A DNA stretch of 64,000 nt from contig JAQGDQ010000059.1 of NCBI GenBank assembly GCA_030141605.1, positions 496,001-560,000 of the forward strand, given 5' to 3'. Each line of letters starts with the position of its first letter. Position 1 is the stretch's first letter. Of this stretch, positions 14,901 through 29,289 are shown piece by piece. This DNA is from Tubiluchus corallicola. Lineage: Eukaryota; Animalia; Priapulida. A program made the translations under genes and the position numbers. The notes beneath the pieces were generated by a model that did no database searches, was not told the origin of the DNA, and saw nothing but the letters and a program-made list of their open reading frames with translations.

Positions 14901-17900
14901 AATACGTCACGCCTATGATGTGTAGCAGCGATCCGAAGCTTTCATATTAATAAAACCAGAACAGATTATGAGGCATCGAGCTGAGGCTTATTGCTACATG
15001 CAGCTTGTCGGATTCTGGCAGGATTTGCATATGAAAACACACAGCCATATTTTGAGGACAAGCGTCCATAAACTCTTTTGTACAAGCTGATGTAAATCAA
15101 GCGGATAACGAGGATTTGCTTCGTCTAAACATCTTTTAGCATCTAGCAAAACCGGCATCTGTAATAAGGTCATCTGTTGCGCCAGCAATAACAATCAGAT
15201 GTGCAAAGAAAATGGGCAAAAACTGAACATTTTAATGTAAAGTCAAACGAGATTTTTTGAAACCCAAATAGACCGTATGAGAATTCCGTTTGTGTATAAA
15301 ACAAAGTAAATTATTGCTCAATGATTCTTTTTTCTATAAACTGTACTATTTTGCCAAGCTAACGCTGTATTTTGGAAATTATATACTCTTGAATTTATGT
15401 AATACCCTAGAATTCAATTCATTTTGAAGATGCCATGCTTGAATATTTTATTTAGTTCATCTTTCTTCCATATTTTTTTGGATTTCTGGTTTTCTCTCAT
15501 TATAAACAAGTGTTTTCTTTAAAGTGAAATTTTTTATTCTTTTCTTAAAAAGCCTGCGTTATGCTCTTGCAGTGTCGATTAGAGTTTAAAACACTATATG
15601 CTTTGTTTTTTTTAGTTATTACAATGGGTGTAGGTTTAAAGACCACCAGACCTAAAGAGTCAGCAGACATAAAGGCACCACTAGTCAAAGGTGCACTTGA
15701 AAAGACAAAAGACCGCTAGTCAAAGTACTATTGGCAAACCAAAGTAAAAATTGACAAACCACATCCACATATCAATTGAAAAATCATTTGAGATACATTT
15801 TGCTTTGTGTTGAGATAATTATATTTTTTGCACAAGTTAAACTGCAAAGTTCTGTATTAGCTATTTGTCAGTACCTTCTACTTACATGGCCAAAAATACC
15901 GTTTTTATGCATTCAATATTTCGATGTTGCTATATATTAAAAAATAACAACGAAAATGGAAAAAATGAATAAAACAAATAAAATTCGAATTTTTAAAACA
16001 TTTTAAAATGCACAAAAAATTTTAGGTTTAATAAGTAACATGTTAACATTTTAACAAATTGTTTAGAAATAGTGCCTTGTATTTATTTACAGATGTGCCA
16101 ATGAAAAAGCATTTGCTACAACGCTTTACATCATTAGACAAAATACTCATTCAAAAATAGTGCTTCTTTTTGTGACTTGGAGCTCAGGTGTATTTAAGCT
16201 AACAACGTTCACATTTGCTTATAACAACGTGATTCTTTGCTCATTGTAGTCCTTTGACTGGCGACTGTTGCAATGTACATTAATTTTGGTATTACAATAT
16301 CGAGCGTTTATTACATTATCAGTTGCCACAAGGCATATCATAGCTCTAGTGATCAAACCAAAGTATTAAATCAAAGGTTTATTTTTGTTCCTTGATAGGA
16401 ACAAAATCTGTAACTGATATGGTCAGTGCAGCTGCTTTGCCAGTCTTGCCATCAAACCATAATAAATTGAACCAAATCCAGGCCTGCCCTGGACAGTGGT
16501 CTCGCAATGACGTCAGCAAGCAACATGTGATAGTGTTGTTGCAGACGCCGAGCCTATCTATAGCAGTAACATGCTATTAATACTTAAAGTCAAGAAACTG
16601 AGAACTGAAACTAAATATAAATAATGTGATTCTATATAAATCACTTCAGGATATAAAAAAAACTTCGCCAGCCTACTCAGTTAGCTAAATTATAATAATC
16701 ACAATGTACAGTTTTTTACATGTTGTTCATTAATGTTGTTTAAATCCAGAAAAAGGTTTTAAAAAGGGCTAAGAGACATAACAGACAGTTACCATTGCCT
16801 CAAGCTTTGTATTGACAAAGCCAATACGAAAGCCAAAGTATGAATAAATAAGGAGTTTAAAGATCATACCTACGAAATACGTTATTACGATATGTCTTAC
16901 TTACGCCACCGATTCGGCTAAATTGACATCGTTTCAATGTTTTGCAAGTCTGTCAAAAGTAATAATATTATTTTACCCTGCAGGGCTACTAATGCTTGCG
17001 CAAAAGACTGCTCTTAATTGGTGGTTTGAACCGCTTAATAAGAGGGCGCTTAAATAAATCGGCAATACGCATCCCCAACTAACCCATTTGGCGTTTGTAA
17101 CAGGACATTGCGAATACCAATGCGCGCATTCAGTCCTTAGTTGAACCTTAGTTCAACTTTGCTGTTGTTAATGAAATTTTCTACTTCTTAACTGCTAATA
17201 TTTTTCTCCCGCTCACTGGTGCTGCCCCTCGATTTGTAATTTCCTCTACCTATTTTTCAGACATCAGCAGAAATCTGACGCTAATCACGTCAACTTGTTA
17301 AACACGAGCACTATTTTTGGTCACCGTGTTTGCTATTTTTTGATAATTTTAGAACCACATACACATCTGTGTACTATAAAGGATCGCCGACAGCAGACCT
17401 CCGTCACGTGACTGACAAGCGTAAGTGAACCCCATAGAGGCCTCCAGGATGATTCACCATCTGTAAGTACTTTGTGTAACAACTCTAAACATTAGAAACA
17501 AGAAGGTTTTTATCTACTGCGACCCATATACTAACCAGCCTTAATCGGCACATGCACATTTAAAAAGTTCGTTATGATAAATCGTTCTGTATTTAGAAAG
17601 GCTTTGGTAATGTAGTAATTGGTTGCGGTACTGTAGTAATGGGTTGCGGTACTGTAGTAATTAGATTATATGAATTTAGATCCACAGCTCACTTTTCAAA
17701 GATTATTTTATTTAAAGACAAACGAGGTTATAGGAACAGTTTTAAAAATAATTTTTATCAGTACTTACAGAAAAACCTTATAACAAAATGTAACCATCAT
17801 TTAACTGTGGAATCATCCCTACAGGCTGCTTATGTAACACTGAATGTTATTTTATAAGTATTATAGTAAGGGATTTCAATCGGCTGCCGCTTAGCGAACT

Positions 17901-18129
17901 CTCAAGATTTAGGATGCATTACTTTAGGAATTAGCGTCAAACAAAGCTCTATGTGGTGCGCAGTGTATTTTAACATTATTGTACATTACTACAATAAATA
18001 AATTAGATTATAGGTGCTTAACATTTTGGGCTTGTATTTCGTACCTGATTTGGCTTTAACCAGATGAGGTGGCTTTTAACTTATGCCACATATATATAAT
18101 ATAGTATAATAATATAAATAAATAAATAA

Positions 18130-18290
<161 letters not shown>

Positions 18291-20059
18291 ACATATTGTA
18301 CAAAAAGCCAGCCTATGTCACGTGACCTAATTTGAGTGTATAAAAACTGGATGAGCCAACATTAGCCGATGGCCACCACTATACTCTCTAAGTCTCATTT
18401 GCTTTAAATGAAACTTAGTCTTAGATACCTAAATTTCTGTTGCACAGGTAGCGCTAGGAATGGTGAAAACTGAATGAAACATTAATGAATAATTATACAT
18501 GGTTTATAAGCACGTAAGCAAAGCTGCATAGGTGTTTAAACAGTTTTACATATTCACTTATTTTTATAACAGTTTGTCATACTGAAACCGACATTTATCA
18601 TTTAATGGCATGGGCTATTCGTTGATGGTAGGCTTATTGTCAAGACAGTTTCACTTTATTATGAGGCTACTGAATGCCTGCCTGAATACCTCAGGTCTTA
18701 GATCGTTTGTATGTAGTGGTAGTTAATACATCATTCTTCAACGGGGTACACATCCTTCTGTAGTGTAAATACATCCTTCTTCTACGTGGTAAACACCAAG
18801 AATTGGCACGGCGAAAGAAGCCGCCCAGATCAAGCCCGAACCCAGATATGGCCATCCATTCGCTAATTGTCCAGCTCCAGCGCAATTTTAATTTCTGTCG
18901 CCAAACACACGCTTGATTTATTCCCTTGGACTAAAAACATCTCCTACAAAAACACTTGTCCATGATGCATGCATACACGCATGCACGCACACATTGGGCA
19001 GGCTTAAGTCAAATTCTTAAAAACTGTTTTGCGAAAAGTAACAACGACAATACCAGAGACTGATAATTGCAAGCTAGTTTTAAGCATTCTATTTTCTTGT
19101 CGAAGGATTAGCATTATGAAAGAAGCTTTCTCAAACGGCATTAAAAACGCATCTGAATACCAAAATACTTTTTCTCGTCGCACAGATAAGCAGTTGCACG
19201 TAGGGTCGTAGGCTCTAAATTTTAAGGCTAAATGACGTTAGTCTACACATGAAAAAGAGCCGTCGCAATCCCAAATAAGGAACTACAGAAGTTGTTATAT
19301 GGCTACGTGCTAAAAGGCAGCGAAGCCATTAACGTCAGGAAAATAAAATGACAAACAAGATGGCAAATAATGGGGATAAAGCATTAGATGATCTGCACAT
19401 TCTGTATTATAATCGGGCACTTAATTGCTTTATTGGGTGTTTGTGACAGTTTTTTGATCAATTTCCTGTTACCCAAAATTGGCTCTTCTGCACTAAAAAG
19501 AGGGCCCACATCTAATTCGACACAAATGTAGTTATATAATTACACAACAGTGTGGTTGTAACTGGAAGGAGTTGAGCAAGATAACTTTTAATAATATATG
19601 AAGAATAGGCTTTGGTGGTAATCAGCGGTCTTGAAGGTGGTATTTCAGTGTCAAAAATCAGTTACAGCACAAAATTTGCATGGAGTTGAGCAACTAAATG
19701 GGTAACTTCGTGTACCAAGCAAAGGAACTGGCAACCGCGGCAGAATCAAGGTCAACTTAAAAATTTTAGCCCACTAAGCAACTAAACATAGGTAACTGTT
19801 TAAACAGTCGGTAAATATCCGAAAAAAAGGACTTAAGAAACCGAATCCATAAAAAAACTTTAAGGACTGGCCAAAAGAACACCATTCGAAGTCACAGTGT
19901 TAAAAACTAGGTCATCTGGAGTACAGGACTTCGCAATGATTTCCTATTTTTTACCCTTATGACAACGTATAGTATTATAACGTCGCGTGTCTTTCTTGAC
20001 TTTTTACACTAGTGTTACGTGCTACTTATTCTGAAGCTTCGTGAGATTTTTTACCTTTT

Positions 20060-20420
20060 AATTTTTGACATGAGTATTTTTATCAATTCAAGTTTGGAGC
20101 AAGGTAAGGCCATTCAAAGTTGTTTGATTCCTTTTGCAGAAGAAAATTAACGACGTGCTGAACGGTCATGACCTGAATGTACCGTCTGAAGCTCAGCTTT
20201 TTCCCGCAAGTCTTCGTATTTGAATGATTCATTGCTGGTTGTCCATAGCTCCATAGCCCCACAGTGCACGTCGAATTATCCACATTGGCCTTGAGCTATG
20301 CGTCACGAATGCATGCTGCATGTGGCAATCAAATCTTTGCACAGACTACACGGTCTACATCATCCAGGCTGCAGAAAAATTTTAGTTCAAGGTCCTGTAA
20401 AGAACTATACGGTTGAGAAG
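20060..20420 (-). mobile_element. Possible highly decayed Tc1/mariner transposase fragments
   Basis: Minus-strand peptides HVVNFLLQKESNNFEWPYLAPNLN (cf. Tc1 WPxxSPDLNPIE) and PYSSLQDLELK...DDVDRVVCAK...LKAN (cf. Tc1 C-terminus). The pieces are frameshifted and not in canonical order. Confidence 0.3.
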
Positions 20421-22574
20421 CCCTCAGAAAGTTATATCTGGAAAATTATATGATTCTAATAGCTCGTCTACTTCCATGGCACCTGTTCCTGAAGCAAAAC
20501 CGTTATGGCAGATTAAATCTTGCTAATGACATTGACACAAATAGAAAAACGTCTGGAAGGTTTTACTTCAATAGATTATTTATGTATTTATATTCTAATT
20601 AATTATTGGTATAGCGAATGAAGTCAACTATATTATAGACTTGCAAGATTTACGTCAGGTGACGACAAAATTGCGTGTTTGCTTATTTCGTTGTTTGTTT
20701 ACTTGTTTGTTTGTTTGTTTGTAATGTCTTGCGATAATTGCCGAAGAAGTACATCGGAAATGTATGTTATACTCCAACAAGACTGTCACCTTCGGTACAT
20801 CGAAATTTATGTCATGGGTTCGGTCCTAACTCTGTAAACCCCGTAGTAACAACTATGTCTGCACTGCAATCTCTAGTGATTTTTTGTTCAATATGCTCAT
20901 GATCACGATATTATTGCTAATGTGGAGGATTATGACGCTGAAATTACCAGAGTTGACTGGCATTGATTTTGGCAAAATATGCATAAATGAAACTATTCTA
21001 AAAAGAACTACAAAAAACATTTTTGGTTTTCACGTTTACAGCAGAAAACAGGGATGATACAAATACGGTTAACCAGAAATGTAAAATGTATGTTAGAATT
21101 AATCAATTAGCTTCAGTCTTCCAAGTATGTAGCCAAACAGCAAAGATAAAATTCTTCTGTTCATTTAGTGTGTATGGCCTTTTTTCTGACGACATTTAAT
21201 GTTAAAACATCTCAACAATAAAAACGATATAACAGCAGTATATAATAAGGAATGATTACTTTTTTCAACGTGTGCAATATGCACAAATGAGCCACATTTT
21301 AAACTACTCAGTGTATGTGCAGTTTAATCATGTGTATTGATATTGTGCTTTTATGTATGCCTTTTTTATATGGAGCATTCTGAAATAAACCTTTGTATTT
21401 TTGTCTCATCAGGGCGCATCATGCATCCACAAACACATGTATGTAAGCTTGTGTTTTTGTGAGTACACCGCAATGCGAAAGAAACTTTTCTAAAAAAACT
21501 CGCCCGTTCATCACGAGGTGTGTAGTATTGTATAAAGTGCAATATGTGATTTCAATCTCTCATGGTTTAGCAAATTACGTAGCTTGTCGCGGACATCCAT
21601 AACGCTATCCAGGAAAAAGTGTTTATTATATTTAAATTGCAACCTAGAAATTTACCTTAATGGCTAGCGAAAGCAACTAGTAACGATGTCTTCATTGCGT
21701 ATTTATTTTCAATGGCTTTTAGTACTTTTGCGTTTAGTACATGTTTGCGAAAGTGAAATAAAATCATGATAATTTTCAAATTCGTGCCGTCGAGCAGGGT
21801 AACATTGAAAAATCATGCCATTCACAAATATGTGCCGTCACAAATAGATCATGAAATCGCTGAGCGTTCAGCATTTTAAAACGTAGGGCTATTTAAGGAC
21901 CGCATTTAACTCTGAAAGTAAACTTTTTAGCTTCATTTTATGGACTTTGACAACCACTTTGTGTTGCTCATAACTAGCTTTAGTGTGCTCTATGGCTTCG
22001 AATCAACAAAACAACAACTCTTGGCGCAGCTGCTGGGATCCGATAAATTTTATGACAGAGTACTGACACTGGGCACGTGTCCCAGGTCACGTGCGTCACA
22101 GGTGCAACCTGCTTTTAAGACTGCCTAGTGGTGCGTCATGCTTGGGATGACCTCATTTTTTACGCTGGCAAAAACCTAATAAAAAAGCGGACACATCATG
22201 CGAAGCAGCAGTCTCCACTATTTAGTTAATTTGCAAATGAACCCATTAATTCATCACGGGTTTTCCGCATCATCTGTGAAACAGCAAGGTGCACAGATTT
22301 TACAAAGTGCATATTTGATCGCTTAATTTGTCGCTAGTACAACTGTTCATTTGAAATTTCGCTTATCTATTCATTCATATGTATGAGCTTTTCTCAGTAC
22401 GTTAACTGTAGATGGTTGATCAATTAGTCCAAAAAAGATATGACTCGGAAGATATGACTAGTCTAAAGCTAATTTGCACAAACATCCAGAACGTCATCAA
22501 GAATAACATATACAATATGTCCTGGAATCCATTTGGGGAAAGTTATGGGCTTTAAATTCAAAATCCCTGCTGAT

Positions 22575-23000
22575 ACAGCTTTAACGTCAATGTAACTTAA
22601 CTAGTTAGCATTTTAGACAGAATAGGTGTACTACCAGAGGATGTAAAATGCATATGCTCTATCAGAAAAAATAGTGCATCAAGGTCATTATTTTCAATAC
22701 AGCCGCCACTGCAACTTTAAAGTCAAAACGATTCAACTAGATAGCATTTAATACGGCATAAATTTGTTCATTACCAACTGATGCAAAAGTAAATACGGAT
22801 CTACAATGTCATTTCAAAGTTATTTCAAACTAATTAAGTGTAGGTAGCATTTTAGACTGCATAAATGTCTTATAAAAATTGCATATGGTCTATGAGAAAA
22901 ATAATATCCCAAGCGATATTCATCAAAATACTTTTGCTTCGAAATGGCTGCCAATGCAGCTTTAAAGTCAAAATAACTAAACTAGAAATATTTGATACTA
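22575..23000. repeat. Diverged local tandem repeat (minisatellite-like)
   Basis: Recurrent blocks CAGCTTTAA(A/C)GTCAA...AACTAG, TAGCATTTTAGAC and TGCATATG(C/G)TCTAT(C/G)AGAAAAATA occur 2-3 times. Confidence 0.65.
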
Positions 23001-23028
23001 TATAAATGTGTTATCGGTGCATGTACAG

Positions 23029-23322
23029 GATCTATTCAGAAAAACAGTATTTTATGGTCATTCAAGGTCTTTCGTTTGAACATGGTTGCCAAGTTATTTT
23101 TGCTTGTTATTTCACTGCACCCTAATTTCGCTGCAAAATATATTAACAGGGCTATAAGTGTCGCCACACTTTCAGAAAAGTGCTGTTCCAAAGTCAAAAA
23201 TGCTGAGGCAAAGTCCCAATCTTCAAAATACATTAACATCCACGTTGTATATATAACTTGGCAACCGTGGTTCAAACAAAAGACCTTGAATGACCGTAAA
23301 ACACTGATTTTCTGAATAGATC
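23029..23322. mobile_element. MITE / fold-back element with ~68-bp terminal inverted repeats (possibly Tc1/mariner-derived)
   Basis: The left arm GATCTATTCAGAAAAACAGTATTTATGGTCATTCAAGGTCTT...GGTTGCCAAGTTA pairs with the right arm TAACTTGGCAACC...AAGACCTTGAATGACCGTAAAACACTGATTTTCTGAATAGATC. TA dinucleotides lie close to both ends. Confidence 0.85.
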
Positions 23323-23448
23323 ACTATCTCACTACGTGCGTGCGTGCGTTCGTGCGCGTGTGTGTGTGTGATATAGCAATAATATCGTGAACATGAGTGT
23401 ACTGAACAAAAAAATCACTAGAGATTGCAGTGCAGACTCAGTTGTTAC

Positions 23449-23454
<6 letters not shown>

Positions 23455-23543
<89 letters not shown>

Positions 23544-23556
23544 CGTGTGTGTGTGT
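23455..23556. repeat. (GT)n microsatellite
   Basis: Direct reading. A shorter GT/GTGC tract lies at 23336-23370. Confidence 0.97.
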
Positions 23557-24814
23557 AATCTTCATTTATTTTGAGTGGATTCATAACACAGTAGGCTCTA
23601 TTACTGTTCACAATATCTCCACTATAAAGCATCGCATAAATCACATCCACGTTATATCGTCCCGTATTATGTAGCTGGTCTGTAGAATTGCAGGATCGTG
23701 GAGTAACATATTTCATACTGTAATCCACGTTAAATGTCTGCTTTTTGAGGGCTAAATTAGCAGAACAGGTCTTTTTTCGACATTTGTCATTGACAAATAT
23801 TATATTTATAACTTTCTTCTTGTTTGGTTTAAATACTCTACTAAATTTACATTTTATCTTTATTTGGTAAAATGTAATGTATTTGCTAGCCGCTTCTTCT
23901 TACTTGCCCTTTCTTACCAAGTCTCACAAATTTCGCCAGAAAAATTCTCAGTGCAAATAATATATACAACCCTTCGTGAAGATGCATTCTCCTTTCCTCT
24001 TCCATAGCTTCTATGTCACTCTACTGCATTATGGTTTAATAAAGTTGCTACTTAAACTGTAGTCCGTCAAACGCCCTAAGTAGGCATGTATAGCCCCTAT
24101 TTATCTCGGTGATGTAATACGCCTGGTCAGTGTAAAACGGTGCTAGGGTCTCTAGCGGCAATCAATTACTATGTGATTACGTTGATTGCTTACTCGTTAA
24201 ATAGCACTGCTGCTTCAGCTGCTGACAACTCTTAAAATACAAGATTTAATATATAATTAGGTTTCTGGCTTCACTAGCGGAGCAATGTCAGCGACGCTCT
24301 GGTACGATTCAGGAGAATCTAGGTTACAGGCAGGGTCTTGCACCGTTGCACGGTTGTTAACTCTGCAGCATAATGATTTAGATCGTGAGAGGGAAATTCC
24401 AGAGCAGAAAGAGTGGACGAATGTATGATATTATACAAAAAATTTCAACCTTAGTTCAGCTTTTCTGTACAAGCAAGTAGAAATTAAACCGGGTCAGCTT
24501 CACCTTGGTCCTCCGACGATGAACCGGTGATTCTTCTCCAACTTGTAAAGCAGACTCTTTTATGCTTACCTATGTAACCCATAATACATGCACTTAAACT
24601 AACTTAGACATTATTGTGGAATAAAACATCAAGAGCCGGGACTGGTTAAGAATAACCAACAAGCAAGAGAACATTGTTGGTTTGTGATTGCAGAGCAGAG
24701 ATTGGCTATTGGTAATTACAGTGGTTTACAAAATTTGATAGCAGACACTTTGACAAAGACATTTGGACATAGGACGTTTTGCTGTAAAACATTGTGGCAC
24801 GCGCAGCTTGACCA

Positions 24815-25345
24815 CATAGGCAACTTGGGCACTGATTGTACTGGACAGATAGTCAAGATGGGCACGTATGTGACTTGTGTCTCATAAGTAATTTGAACGC
24901 AGATTCTTCAGGATGCATGGACAATTTGGTCACAAGACATTTAGTGTCATATGTCAGTTGGGCACGTGGTATTTTGGACATATAAGTAAGATAGACGGAG
25001 GCTAATTAAGTGTTTAACCTATTATTTAATTAACAGAACTACTTTAGTATTATTATAGATGATAAAATGCACTGTTTTTGCCATACTTCAAAATGGGGTA
25101 GGATATGAAAAGCCACTCTGTTTTTCTTTGATCATATAGGCAACTTAGGCGCTGATTGTACTGGACATAGAGGCAAGATGGACGCCTACATGACTTGGCT
25201 CATAAGTAAAATAGTCGGTAGTTAATTAAATTTTCAACCTATTATTTAATTATCAGAATTACTTTGGCATTATTGTAACTGCTAAAATATATATTTTTTA
25301 CCATACTTCGAAACGAGGTAGGATATGAAAAAATATGTTTTTCTT
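24815..25345. repeat. Two diverged direct copies of a ~220-320-bp unit
   Basis: ATAGGCAACTT(G/A)GGC(A/G)CTGATTGTACTGGACA...CTCATAAGTAA at ~24816 and ~25136. AACCTATTATTTAATTA...CCATACTTC...GGTAGGATATGAAAA at ~25016 and ~25236. Confidence 0.85.
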
Positions 25346-25619
25346 TAATGATAGTGACAACAAAAGCTTTGAAAATCACTGACATGTGCATAAAGCTGCT
25401 GACGAGACAAATGGCCGTTATGAAGATTGTAGCACCAAAAATAAGCAAAATCGAGCCCCTTTCCAAGATTCAGAAAAAATCTCACCGACCAGGGCAAACA
25501 TGGATCAATAACATTATCGAAGGTGCTTCCGTGACGCCACTGAGCACCTCTCATAATTTGATGCCATGTTCCCCGATCTACTGGCACATGCCAAGTATCT
25601 ACATTGTTTAAGTTAAGTG

Positions 25620-25960
25620 GAGTATTTAATAATTCTTCTTCAGAACATTCAAATATGTGATCGACTGTCTTTCTCTTGGTTTTCTCTTGGTTTCTTCCTA
25701 AGTATTACTGCTTGGTGTAATGATGTAGTTTGTGGAGAGCCCTGCAATATTCTATGACATGTCCAATCCATCTAAGTCGTCGCTTTTGTATAACCTCACT
25801 TCTTTCCTGCCCCTCGAATTATGCAGATCCTGATTTAAGATTTTCCTTGACCACTTTACATCTTTCTATACAGCCGCCTTGGAAGGCATCGATTGCATTC
25901 TTCTGGACAGCTTTCACTGTCCACAATAACGAGTGACAATTACGAAGTGCTAAGAAAAAA
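25620..25960 (-). mobile_element. Decayed 3' fragment of an RTE-clade LINE ORF
   Basis: Minus strand gives WTVKAVQKNAIDAFQ, VKWSRKILNQDL, SEVIQKRRLRWIGHV and KKPR...TYLNVLKK, typical RTE post-RT motifs, with frameshifts. Confidence 0.75.
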
Positions 25961-28900
25961 AGTTAGCACTGGTTGCTAGGTTTTTGTTAACCCGACATGA
26001 AATCGTTGCTTAAAAAAGGAGCTTTCAAGCAAAGTGTCACATCTAAGTGAAAAGTGTTTTAGAGAAATTTTCACCCTTTTGTTATTACATATATTGCAAA
26101 TGTAGTGAGGTTAGGTAGTTAAATGTACTTTGTAGTTTTAGGAGGTCATTTGAAGTTTGTATTATAATTTTAGAACTTTTTGATAAGTCTTGTGGCTGAA
26201 AGATCGAAAATTAATTGAAGATATGACATTTTGCAAATTATTGTTGAAAACTTGACAGTTATAAGTCACAGTCTTTATTTCATTCAGTGAAATTACTTGT
26301 CTTTATTTCATTCAGTGAAATTACTCGTCTTATCCACACTGTGTGTTGATTACAAAACTGATTGTAAAACTGACATGAACTCGTTCTATTAAATTTAAAT
26401 TAATTTGATTAAAACACGGAACAAAATTTTAAAACCTGATATAACACATTAGTTGACGAATTGCTTGAGCACATGATCTAATCATGGCTGTCCAGTCGGA
26501 ATCATAAGGCATGACATTATGCGAGCATCCGCGTTTTTATAATACAAAATTTTGCATTTGCAATGTATTGAATTTTGGTCATGAAATACACTACTACGTC
26601 CAGTGTTATTATTTGTTACTTGCAATTTCCTCAAAATTTATAGATGTGACCTTTTGCAAGTAAAAGCTACTAAAAGCTGCCAACTAGGCTTTGGTTATGA
26701 GTTTTTCGTCTTCCCTCAAAACCATAGTAAACTATATGCCTAAATGAATGTTTTAAAAACAATAATTGGGCGTCAATTGTTAGTTGTGTACTCACTAGAC
26801 AGCATACTATGTTAATTTTACTAATCAGAAATCGTCATTTCTGAAGAATGTCATTTTATTTTTAAAAAGTCAATGTGACAAAACCACACTGATAAACAGC
26901 AGGTAAACGACATTTAAACCCTGTATTCAAGTTTCAATAGATAACACACAATATAGCCTATGTTTGAAAATATACATTGGTACCTGCCATTTAATAGTGA
27001 TATTATTATATCCCATGCCAATTTCATTACGAACAAGTTTCATTAAGTTGGATGCAGTTACACTTTGGCTCTGTTTGGCTTTTTTGTCGAAGCGAGCTTA
27101 TACTTCACTGATTGTGGCATGAAAAAGCCGAAAAGAGTCAATCAGTTTTATAGTAGGCAAAATGACAACTGGAGCTAAAATCTTGTTCTTGGTATTGGTA
27201 CTAGGCACAATATCACCAATATCATAATATTTTGATATACTAAGATATTCACGTACATTCAATCATCATCATCAAAGTTACAACTAAAAACTTGGTTAAT
27301 TATGTTTATTACTTAATTACTTCAAAACAGTGAAAAATTGACATAACCGTACCATTTCTACTGATCCCACAGCCTTATAAATTTCAATTTTTCATTTTAA
27401 AGTTTGGTACCTGAAAGTGACAGGCTACAACGGTCTACTCCCCGCTAAGAACCTATTCATGTTATCAGATTTTACTGAAATAGATCTTAACAGACCGCGA
27501 ATTCATATTCGGTTTCGTTGAATGAATGCACCTCTGCTGCTAATCTGAAAGCGAATATCGTCAGTACATGTTTGCAGTGTCAGGCGGTGCCCTCCGGGGA
27601 CCCGCCGCTGTCCTGCTCAGTATATTAGGCCTAATTATGTTATTACAGCAGGGAAATTGAGAGTCAACAGAGAGCTTTTCCGCGTCCGAGGGAAAGGAAC
27701 TTTCAATCACGGGCGATAAAGTTACAGTTCCGTGCCAGGATCTAAACGCGATTGTCAATAGAGCAATTCATCAAACTTTTATTGTCTCTTATATTGATTA
27801 CCACGAAGACATTTCAACGAGTTAAAAGGGAACAGACACTTTCTACAATAATCAATTTGGGGCAGATAAGAAACGCGGGTAGCACACCCTGCATAGTTCA
27901 CAGCGGCTCTTTTTTGCTAATTCAGAAAACTGACAGTGTCGCAGGCGGTCAAGAATAACATTTTTTGTATTTGTCACTTACAAGAGAAAGAAAGTGGCAG
28001 CGTATCAACTTTACATGCCTTTGCGTCCCTTTACCAGAATACGCCATTGAGAAGCAATTTATTAACGATTTAAAAATCGAATAGAAAAGTTATACAATCC
28101 CAGTCTCAAATTCAGCTTTCCTGGCACAAGGTAACACGTAGCAGGAGCAAGTGTAGTAAACGTTCTTGCCTTCAGTTCATTTAACATTCTTTTTTAGCTT
28201 TCATACGAATTGCCCCAGCAAGGCCAATTGTTACGCAAGGACAGAGGCTACAGCAAAAAGGTGAAGATATAAATCTATATAGAAAGAAATAGAATTTACT
28301 CAACTAATTTCTAGTAAGAAAGTATCTTATGATGTTCTGCTTCAGTCGGGAGAGTTTGAATTTTCGGAGAAATAATTTTCTGCTAGAGGGTTGGCGTCCC
28401 ATCTGTATCAAGAAAAGCACACTCATGAACTGACAAGAGGGCCTAGGAGCATCTTCCCTAGAGTAAGCTTTCTTTACACACGTACACTGAACAGTTAAAG
28501 GAGGGAGGACTGGATGATTTTTCACATACTTCCCCATTTTCAAGTCCGATAAAAAGTATACATTCTAATACGATTAATACTGCAAAAGCGTTTCTGATAA
28601 TTAAATAATAGATTAAAAACTTAATTGACGGCAGGCGAGCCCAACTATTGATGACATCACAAACTAACATTATTTTCGACAGCAAAAATATTCTACGAGC
28701 GTGTTGCACGTGTTTGTGAAAGCGAAAATTTACCGCTGTGCTCACGCATGAGTCTGTCAAAAACATGTGTAGTTCGTCACTGAACTGAGAGGTGCAGGAC
28801 CTTTTTTGTGCAATGCATTTCTGAAATGCAGACTGCCCGTCTAACTAGCGAATGGCGAAATGTATGTAACAGCGAAGAACTAGTGGCGCGAACGCGAATT

Positions 28901-29289
28901 TATGTTTGTGTGGTAAGTCATTTTTTAAAAAATAGTGTGTTCGTTTTCAATATTTTAAAGAGCAGATTGTTTTGACTTACAGTTTAAGATTGGGTCCGGT
29001 TATGCTTTAAATAAAGAATAATATCTTAAAGCACAAGAAAACCCTTCACTTACATAAAGCTTAAAAAATTCGTCTCGAAATTTTGTACCACTTACATATT
29101 ACCTTTTCGTATGCATGGTTTGTATTGGCAGTAACGCTGTAGTAGTAGTATTTTTATTGTCATTACGTCCAACAAAATTACATGTACATTTACAATAACG
29201 ATATGTGTAACGCGCAATGTTACAAACGACACAAATATTAGTTAACAAATTTTGCTAACGTATAGCAATTTAGTGATAAAATTAACGGT

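Noticed and set aside
22992-23315. Overlapping sense/antisense ORF pair with similar ends
   Set aside because: A consequence of the inverted arms of a MITE.
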